64,000 bases of DNA, from assembly GCA_030537155.1 (NCBI GenBank), contig JAUNOH010000008.1:4557-68556 (forward strand). The letters run 5' to 3'. The notes under the pieces were generated by a model, which made no database searches, was not told where the DNA came from, and saw only the letters and a list, made by a program, of their open reading frames with translations. Numbering within the stretch: the stretch's first letter is position 1; the number at the start of each line of letters is the position of its first letter. Shown piece after piece: positions 57,733-64,000 of the stretch. The stretch comes from Bacillota bacterium (GTDB taxonomy: Bacteria > Bacillota_I > Bacilli_A > RFN20 > CAG-826). The position numbers and the translations under genes were made by a program.

Positions 57733-58674
57733 TCATTTAACCGATTTCAGGAGGATCTCCTCATAACGGATCCTGAAGGTCTCGATGTAGTACCTTTTCC
57801 TCTCGTCGCTCATGACGGCAACGTCCATGAACGATGATGGTATGCCGTTTATGAATTCAACGATGTCGTCGAATCTCTCTCCGACCAGGGATGCGATCTT
57901 TTTCATCGATTTCCTAAGATCACCGTTATCGAGCTTGACCAGTTCCTCGTTCCTGATCCTTCTCTCCTGCTCGTCCTCGTAGGCGGTCACGCCGTTGGTG
58001 GCAGAACTATATAGCCTCTTGGGGTCGGAAAGAAGCTCCCTTATCCTCTCGTCGGCGCTCTTCCCATAGAAGCAGTTGCCGCAATCGAATATCGGGGCCA
58101 TCACATATCTTCCCTCATCCTTGAACTTGATGACGCCCCAGTTGTCCTCATGGCGGTCGTTGTTGTTGATGAGCATGTCAATTATGGCGACGTCGAAGAA
58201 CCTTTCCTTGGCCCCGCCTATGACGCCTAGGACGGTGTTGTGCTCCAGCTGGAAGATTATCTCGTTGATGTTAGACGGCGAGACGAAGGACTCGTCGTTC
58301 CTAGAGGCGATTATTGGGCTGGCGTCGTTCCTCAAGGCGGTGTAGGGAATCAATAGCTCGTTCTTGTCGTCCTCGATGAAATCCTTGCAGGCGCAGACGA
58401 CCTTGTATCTCTTCCCGTCATGGCAGATCCCCAAAACCGTCTTCTGGGCGTCGTAGCCGAGAATTTCGTAGATATGGCTCCCGATGTACTCGCTTAATGG
58501 CGAGGTGACGTAGGAAATCCCCCTGACGTTGTCCATCCCGAGCGTGTTCTTCGGGAATTTGAGGATATAGAAGCCCTCGTCAAAGACGATTCCCCTCTTC
58601 TCCCCGGCCCTGCCGCCGTATTCTAGGTTCCTGGGGCTAAGCCCACAGCCGGTAAAGTCAACCATCTCCGTCAT
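57733..58674 (-). CDS. HipA/CtkA-like Ser/Thr kinase
   Basis: YGG.AG.K, YILKFP, SEYIGS.IY..LG, V.ACKDF, D.LI.N.DRH..NWG, APIFD.G. Confidence 0.85.
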   Translation of the reverse strand: MTEMVDFTGCGLSPRNLEYGGRAGEKRGIVFDEGFYILKFPKNTLGMDNVRGISYVTSPLSEYIGSHIYEILGYDAQKTVLGICHDGKRYKVVCACKDFIEDDKNELLIPYTALRNDASPIIASRNDESFVSPSNINEIIFQLEHNTVLGVIGGAKERFFDVAIIDMLINNNDRHEDNWGVIKFKDEGRYVMAPIFDCGNCFYGKSADERIRELLSDPKRLYSSATNGVTAYEDEQERRIRNEELVKLDNGDLRKSMKKIASLVGERFDDIVEFINGIPSSFMDVAVMSDERKRYYIETFRIRYEEILLKSVK

Positions 58675-59057
58675 AACGCATATCTCCTAATTAGCTTCCT
58701 CCACTGCCCCTCGTCCAGCATGTGCTTGGAGACCTCCTTCTTGGCCTGGACGTCGATCGCGTCGGCCATGTTCATGTAGAGGCCATAGTCCCCTGCCCTA
58801 TCCGCCTCCTCGGCCTTCTCCACGAGGTCCTCCATGGTCTTGGAGAGGGGGAAGTCTATCTCAACGTCATTGTTGATGTATCTGTAGATGGGGTTTTCCT
58901 CGATGTCCTTCCTAATCAATTCGAGGATGTAGGCGTTGATGTTGTCGACCGATGATAGCCTATCCAAAACCTCCCCGTCGTCCTTCCTGACGCGGAACTT
59001 GATGGACCTGTAATTGTCCTTGATATAGGAGTTGACGTATCCCTGCTGGTCGAACAT
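58671..59057 (-). CDS. Putative antitoxin with N-terminal RHH-like DNA-binding domain
   Basis: Y.K.NYR.I.FRVRK.D..V...L....N.NAYI..LI..DI; ATGA overlap with the kinase. Confidence 0.65.
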   Translation of the reverse strand: MFDQQGYVNSYIKDNYRSIKFRVRKDDGEVLDRLSSVDNINAYILELIRKDIEENPIYRYINNDVEIDFPLSKTMEDLVEKAEEADRAGDYGLYMNMADAIDVQAKKEVSKHMLDEGQWRKLIRRYAL

Positions 59058-59316
59058 GTATGTTTCCTCGTTGCTATTATAACATTTGGGGGCAAATGTA
59101 TGAATACCTTTTCTTTAGCGCACGGAAAAAGGCGCTTATCCCCGGGTTCGATTCCTTCCGGACTCCTAAAAAATAAGTATTGTCGGCTAGGGTACTACGG
59201 GACATTTGGGGAAATCAGCCCATGCCGATGGTGTTAACAACCTCGAAAACCTCAAAAAATGGCCAAAAATAACAAAAATGCCTCAGTTTTTTTGTACTGA
59301 AGCAAATGTTTTGATC

Positions 59317-59393
59317 TGGGGCGCGATACGGGAGTTGAACCCGTTCATGACCGGTTCACAGCCGGTTGTGTTAACCGTTTCACCAATCGCGCC
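59317..59393 (-). tRNA. tRNA-His(GTG)
   Basis: G-1, GCGCGAT/ATCGCGC acceptor stem, CTGTGAA loop, GGTTCAACTCC, C73-CCA. Confidence 0.96.
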
Positions 59394-59428
59394 ACGCCGT
59401 ATAAATATATCGACCGCCACTGCCCTTG

Positions 59429-59953
59429 TCAAAACAAGTTTTGCTCAACCAATCGGCGGATTATGGGGAGTTCCCTCCTTTTGACCAATCCCGAGACCAG
59501 GCGGTCATCCATCCCCTCATATAAACGAAGGGCCTCTTCGAGCGTGTAAAAGCGGGTTTCCTTGATGAATAGGTCGCCTTCGGAGGCGAAATGGGGGTCG
59601 TGGTGCTTGGTGGCCTTGGCGAGGAAATAATGGTTTTCGTTTTTCCGCTTGATGAGGTTATAGGCATCCTCGACGATGGCTATTTCCCGGATATCCGAGA
59701 GCTCATAGCCGGTCTCCTCTAGGCATTCGCGCCTCAGCGCCTCGATCAAGCTCTCACCCTCATCGACCCCGCCGCCCGGGGTTTCGTAATATTCCTGCTT
59801 GCAGAAGATATCATCACGATACAGCCGATGGAGGCAGACGCGCCCCTCCCCATCAAAGATGAATCCCCGGGAGATCACCCTCGTGTGGGTGAAGCCATCG
59901 AACGGGTATTCTTCGTCTTTCAGGGAATATCGGGCGATAGATAGCTTTTCCAT
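59429..59953 (-). CDS. NUDIX hydrolase
   Basis: GGGVDEGESLIEALRRECLEETG nudix box. Confidence 0.92.
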   Translation of the reverse strand: MEKLSIARYSLKDEEYPFDGFTHTRVISRGFIFDGEGRVCLHRLYRDDIFCKQEYYETPGGGVDEGESLIEALRRECLEETGYELSDIREIAIVEDAYNLIKRKNENHYFLAKATKHHDPHFASEGDLFIKETRFYTLEEALRLYEGMDDRLVSGLVKRRELPIIRRLVEQNLF

Positions 59954-59980
59954 GTCGGGATATAATAGCATACGTTACCA

Positions 59981-60667
59981 ATGGTAATAAGAAACCGACT
60001 GGCCAGCTTGATTTATCGGATAGTCGCCCTATTGGCGATGGTGGTTTTCTACGTCGTCGTCGTCCGGGAGAGCGGTTCCTCCTTTGGGGCCATGTTCGCC
60101 TATTTCCCCTTCATCGTCGACCAACTGATAATGCTGGTCTTCCTCCTTTTGATAATCTTCAACTCCATCGACCTCAGGAAGGGCGTATCCGGGCTGCCCG
60201 CCGGGCTATGGATGCCCTTTGGCCTCGGGGTGGTCTTCCTGGCCTTGGTCTCCATCGTCGGCTATTTCGGCTACATGATCCCCTTCGCCCATGCGGATTT
60301 CGGAATCCGCGAACTGACCATCTATCTTGGCTTCTCCTCCCTGATGGTCGTCGACTGGCTCCTATTTGAGGAAAAGGGGACGGTGCATTACACCATCATC
60401 CCCTTCTGGATATTCTTTTTGATGATCTACGTGGCCTTCATCATGATGAGGCCGTATATCTGGGGCGAGAGTTTCCTGCCGAATGGAACCTATTACCCCT
60501 ACTCATTCCTCGACTTCGACCGCTGGGGGGCGTTGATCGTCTGGAGCTGGACGGTTTTGGCGGCCTTCTTGGCCGTGGCCTTGGCCATCGGGTTGATTTC
60601 CCTAAACGATCTGATCGCCGGGAAATACAAACGCCGCTTCCTCAGGGAAGACGAGACGCCGGAATAA
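59981..60667 (+). CDS. Integral membrane protein (Pr6Pr/FAR-17a-like)
   Basis: About 6 TMs, DW.LF..KG, YPY.FLD. Confidence 0.7.
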   Translation: MVIRNRLASLIYRIVALLAMVVFYVVVVRESGSSFGAMFAYFPFIVDQLIMLVFLLLIIFNSIDLRKGVSGLPAGLWMPFGLGVVFLALVSIVGYFGYMIPFAHADFGIRELTIYLGFSSLMVVDWLLFEEKGTVHYTIIPFWIFFLMIYVAFIMMRPYIWGESFLPNGTYYPYSFLDFDRWGALIVWSWTVLAAFLAVALAIGLISLNDLIAGKYKRRFLREDETPE

Positions 60668-61103
60668 ATCCAAAAAGCATCTCCCCGGCCTTCCGGAGGG
60701 AATCGAATTTATCGGATAAGCCATCCAATTCGACGGAATCGATATCGAAAACTAGCCCGATTCCGTCTTTTTCGAAGTAATAGCAGGCCTCAGACCTCGC
60801 CGCCTCATCACAGGCGATATAGCCCGGAAATTCGCGGACATCGGGGACGTAGATGTCCTCTTTTTTGCTGAAGCAGGCGCCCACCACGCCGTGTTCGGGA
60901 TTGATCCGGACGCAGGCGGGTGTCCCCTGAAAGGGACCCAAATATAAATAATTGCGCGCGGGCGAAAAGATGTAAAAGCCGACCCAGGCCCCATCGCCCA
61001 CGTATTTTTTGATGTGGCTGAGGGCGTTCAATAGATTCGAGTTGGGGTCATCGCCCAATTCCAGATAGGTTTTTATCCCCCCGAATAGCTCAGCGTCTTC
61101 CAT
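60642..61103 (-). CDS. GAF-domain protein, free Met-R-sulfoxide reductase-like
   Basis: WVGFY, LGPFQG.PAC..I....GV.G, V.DV..FPGYIACD...RSE, DIDS. Confidence 0.85.
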   Translation of the reverse strand: MEDAELFGGIKTYLELGDDPNSNLLNALSHIKKYVGDGAWVGFYIFSPARNYLYLGPFQGTPACVRINPEHGVVGACFSKKEDIYVPDVREFPGYIACDEAARSEACYYFEKDGIGLVFDIDSVELDGLSDKFDSLRKAGEMLFGFIPASRLP

Positions 61104-61620
61104 CCTTCCACCTTCTCTTTTTATATTGAAGCAGTTGGCTGTAGTAGACGCCATCCTCAAAGCGGGCAAAATGAGCCTTCCCCCTCTCGTCGAAGTAGCG
61201 GAGGTATATCTTATCGCCCTCGGCGAATCCGTTATTCTCAATCTTCTTGAAGGAATACATGGCCATGGCGCTGCCCTCGCCCAAAAGCTCGAGGCAATGG
61301 GAGCCATCCTCCGATTTACGGAGTTCGGCCTTTTTGCTGCCGTCCAGCAAAAACGGGGCGGCATCCTCCTCGGCATATGGATAGACGCGTCCCCGATGAC
61401 GGTAGACCAAACCTATCCGCGAATAGGAATGCTGATCCTGCAGGAGGTTGAAGAAGCCGATCTCCATTTTGTACGTCTCGGGATCGAAGAGGTTGATCCT
61501 CCGGCATTTGGCCTCGAGGAAATCGCCCTTCATCAGCCGACCCGAAAACTGGAGGATGACCCAGATGAATACCGGAACGGCTATACCGGCGCAGATGGCG
61601 AGGATCGCACTTAACTCCAT
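61090..61620 (-). CDS. Hypothetical protein with N-terminal TM
   Basis: MELSAILAICAG...; TATAAT 9 nt upstream. Confidence 0.65.
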   Translation of the reverse strand: MELSAILAICAGIAVPVFIWVILQFSGRLMKGDFLEAKCRRINLFDPETYKMEIGFFNLLQDQHSYSRIGLVYRHRGRVYPYAEEDAAPFLLDGSKKAELRKSEDGSHCLELLGEGSAMAMYSFKKIENNGFAEGDKIYLRYFDERGKAHFARFEDGVYYSQLLQYKKRRWKDGRR

Positions 61621-61661
61621 AGCCACGATATTATAGTCGGAATCGGCTGTTTTAGTTGCCT

Positions 61662-62048
61662 TCAGTTGCCAAATTCGGCAAAAGGATAAAGGCTTTTCAT
61701 CCGGTTCATTTCTTCTATTTCGTAGCTCCGCATCCCCCTTATCCACCACCGCTTGGGCTTTCCGAGGGCCGCAATCCTAATCCCAACGGTGGTTTTCGGC
61801 TGTTTCCGGCCATATCGTTTGAATAGGTATATCGATTCGGCCTTTTGATCGAAAAACGACAGGCAGGGCCTGTTCATAATCGTCCTCATCTGCTCCAAAA
61901 GCAGCAAATACCTATCGGGGTAACGGCTGACCAGCAAATCCATGTCCCAGCTTCGAAGATAAACCCCAGCCCCAAACGGCAGCGATATCCCAAGCCCCCG
62001 TTCGACCTTTTTGCTGATCCTACCAAGCCTTAAATCCTCATTCTCCAT
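61662..62048 (-). CDS. Hypothetical protein, possible degenerate PBECR-type nuclease fold
   Basis: SD AGGAGG; pattern G.I....LG......VY.....YP..Y......I...P....I...K.Y....V.IR. Confidence 0.5.
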   Translation of the reverse strand: MENEDLRLGRISKKVERGLGISLPFGAGVYLRSWDMDLLVSRYPDRYLLLLEQMRTIMNRPCLSFFDQKAESIYLFKRYGRKQPKTTVGIRIAALGKPKRWWIRGMRSYEIEEMNRMKSLYPFAEFGN

Positions 62049-62193
62049 AAAAACCTCCTACCTATATATGGAGTCGAAATCGGAGTTTGGGTCAAAATCC
62101 GCCGAAAAAAACTTCATTTAGCCAAAACATCAACACCCCGCTTCCTTTAGGAAAGGCAAAGGACTAGACTATCGGGTTGTCTCAAAAGGAGGC

Positions 62194-63645
62194 ATGAAGA
62201 TGAAGAGCAAAACCCGTGAGAGTGACCTCACGACCGGGAACCTGTTCTGGAAGATTCCATTATTCGCGGCCCCATTGGCCATAACCACCATATTCCAATT
62301 GCTATATACGACCATCGACCTCTGGACGGTGGCCACCTTCGGGGGCGGATCCAACTCGATGTCCGCGATTGGGAGCAACTCCTCCCTGATCAACCTCATC
62401 ATCACCGTCTTCTACTCCTTGGCTTTGGGCGCCAACGTCGCCATCGGAAACGCCAAAGGGGCCAACGACCCCGAAAGGGCCGATAAGGTCCTCCACACCG
62501 CCTTGGTCATCGCCGTCTTGGGTGGCATTTTCATCGGCTTGGTCGGCTATTTCATCGCCCCCTACCTTTTGGAATGGATGGGGACCATCGATTCCATAAA
62601 AAGCAAGGCGGCCGAGTATCTGGCCATCTATTTCGTCGGCATGCCCTTCGTCCTAATCTATAACTACGGCTCCCAGATGCTCAGGGCCCTCGGGGACTCC
62701 AAAAGGCCCCTATATATCCTGACCATCTCCGGAATCATCAACGTCGCCTTCGATTTGATCTTCGTCATCTGCTTCGACATGGACGTCAGCGGCGTCGCCT
62801 GGGCCACCGTCATGTCCGAGGCCGTCTCGGCCATATTGACCGTCCTCTGGCTCCACTTCAACAAAACCGGCTTCGTCCGCCTGGATTTCAAGAAGCTGAA
62901 AATCGATAAGATCGCCTTCCGGGACATCATCCAAATCGGCCTGCCGGCCGGCATCCAGGGCTTGGCCTTCTCCTTGCCCAACGTCTTGATCCAATCCTCG
63001 CTTTACACGATTGGGGATTATACGGTCGACGGCGTCGAGATCCACTCGGCCGAGATCGTCGCCGGGGCGGCGGCCGCGGCCCAAATAGAAAGCTATATCT
63101 TCGCCATCATCGATAGCTTCGCCCAGGCCTGCGTCTCCTTCGTCGGGCAGAATTTCGGGGCCAGAAAGAAGGAAAACGTCAAGAAGACCTTCTGGTATTG
63201 CACCATCTGGATGTTCATCTGCGCGGCCATTTTGGCCGTGATCTGCGGCTTTGCCTGGAATCCGCTTTTGGGGATATTCCTCAGCGACGATGAGGAGGTC
63301 AGCCGCGAGGCCGCCCTCTTAGCCGGGCGCGACCGCCTTTACATCATGGCCTTCACCTATGGGCTCGACGGCCTAATGGGTATCTTCGGAAGCTACCTAA
63401 GGGGCATGCGGAGATCGACCCCGCCCGCCATCGTCACCATGATCGGCTGCACCGGTTTCAGGATCCTCTTCCTCTACACCTTCTTCCAGATCGAGGCCTT
63501 CCACACCGTCTTCTGGCTGTACGCCGCCTTCCCCATCAGCTGGATTCTGGTCAATATCGCCTACATACCCCTCACCCTCATCCTCGAGAAGAGGCAATTT
63601 GCCCTCATCGAGCCCCGTCCGAGCGATGGCTTGAAGCAAGCCTGA
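62194..63645 (+). CDS. MATE efflux transporter
   Basis: DLT.G.L..., Q.LY...D, LRA.GDS..PL..L, N...D..F, GVA.AT, GQN.GA. Confidence 0.93.
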   Translation: MKMKSKTRESDLTTGNLFWKIPLFAAPLAITTIFQLLYTTIDLWTVATFGGGSNSMSAIGSNSSLINLIITVFYSLALGANVAIGNAKGANDPERADKVLHTALVIAVLGGIFIGLVGYFIAPYLLEWMGTIDSIKSKAAEYLAIYFVGMPFVLIYNYGSQMLRALGDSKRPLYILTISGIINVAFDLIFVICFDMDVSGVAWATVMSEAVSAILTVLWLHFNKTGFVRLDFKKLKIDKIAFRDIIQIGLPAGIQGLAFSLPNVLIQSSLYTIGDYTVDGVEIHSAEIVAGAAAAAQIESYIFAIIDSFAQACVSFVGQNFGARKKENVKKTFWYCTIWMFICAAILAVICGFAWNPLLGIFLSDDEEVSREAALLAGRDRLYIMAFTYGLDGLMGIFGSYLRGMRRSTPPAIVTMIGCTGFRILFLYTFFQIEAFHTVFWLYAAFPISWILVNIAYIPLTLILEKRQFALIEPRPSDGLKQA

Positions 63646-63661
63646 TTCGGCTAAAGCAAAA

Positions 63662-63694
63662 GAAAAAGACCGCGTCGCGAAACGCGGTCTTTTC
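63662..63694. terminator. Bidirectional intrinsic terminator
   Basis: AAAAGACCGCGT-loop-ACGCGGTCTTTT between convergent genes. Confidence 0.8.
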
Positions 63695-63704
63695 AATCAC
63701 CTTC

Positions 63705-64000
63705 TTACAAAGTCGCTAAGGCGACGGCCTTGGCTTCCTCTTCGGTTACTTCCTCTTCGGAAACCCCGAGGAATAGCGCCTTGGCGGCAAGCGTCGCCCG
63801 GCCTGGCGTAACGCCCAATTCGCCCACGAAGATGGCCTTCACGTCGGCCAACATAGCATCTTCCGGGTCACGTCCGCGGGAGAAGCAATCGGGGGCGACC
63901 TCGAATATCTCGGAGATCGCCTGCTTGTTCCCTTCGTGGAACGCGGCAATAGCATCATAGGAGAGCCTCACGGCCTCTTCTTTAGAGACGTCGTGGCATT
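63705..64000 (-). CDS. 3' end of a hypothetical protein (enters from the right edge)
   Basis: Open frame to the window edge, ending at TAA before the terminator. Confidence 0.65.
   Translation of the reverse strand, partial: CHDVSKEEAVRLSYDAIAAFHEGNKQAISEIFEVAPDCFSRGRDPEDAMLADVKAIFVGELGVTPGRATLAAKALFLGVSEEEVTEEEAKAVALATL

Noticed and set aside
59141-59166. Plus-strand GGGTTCGATTCC T-arm-like sequence
   Set aside because: No D-arm, anticodon arm or acceptor stem, and opposite orientation to tRNA-His
1-64000. CRISPR array or cas1/cas2
   Set aside because: No regularly spaced repeats seen; these would lie beyond the left edge, downstream of cas9

Overview
64 kb of chromosome from a moderately GC-rich, genetic-code-11 Bacillota genome. 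Gene content (LemA plus a MAG1210-like partner, very acidic lipoproteins, PepC/PepT, Met T-box) suggests an uncultured gut Bacilli lineage; this is inference only. The left edge holds the 5' ~570 codons of a type II-A cas9, missed by the ORF track, with a divergent tracrRNA. Housekeeping blocks (metNIQ, potABCD, pepC, pepT, mscS, udk, mrp, MarR-ABC exporter, luxS, ogt, MATE) alternate with accessory islets at tRNA 3' ends. Two identical tRNA-Arg(ACG) genes are each followed by a toxin-antitoxin module. tRNA-His is followed by ~12 kb of co-oriented cargo split by repeated, att-like boundary elements. Best leads: (1) a TIR-domain/SAM-methyltransferase fusion co-transcribed with luxS and a GNAT; (2) the integrase-less, cassette-like array at tRNA-His, including an RHH-like + HipA-like kinase pair; (3) an unannotated type I toxin-antitoxin-like locus at 30.7-31.05 kb; (4) pervasive leaderless gene starts. 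Several accessory genes carry single-base lesions, while the core genes read intact. All family calls come from motif recognition by eye, without database searches.
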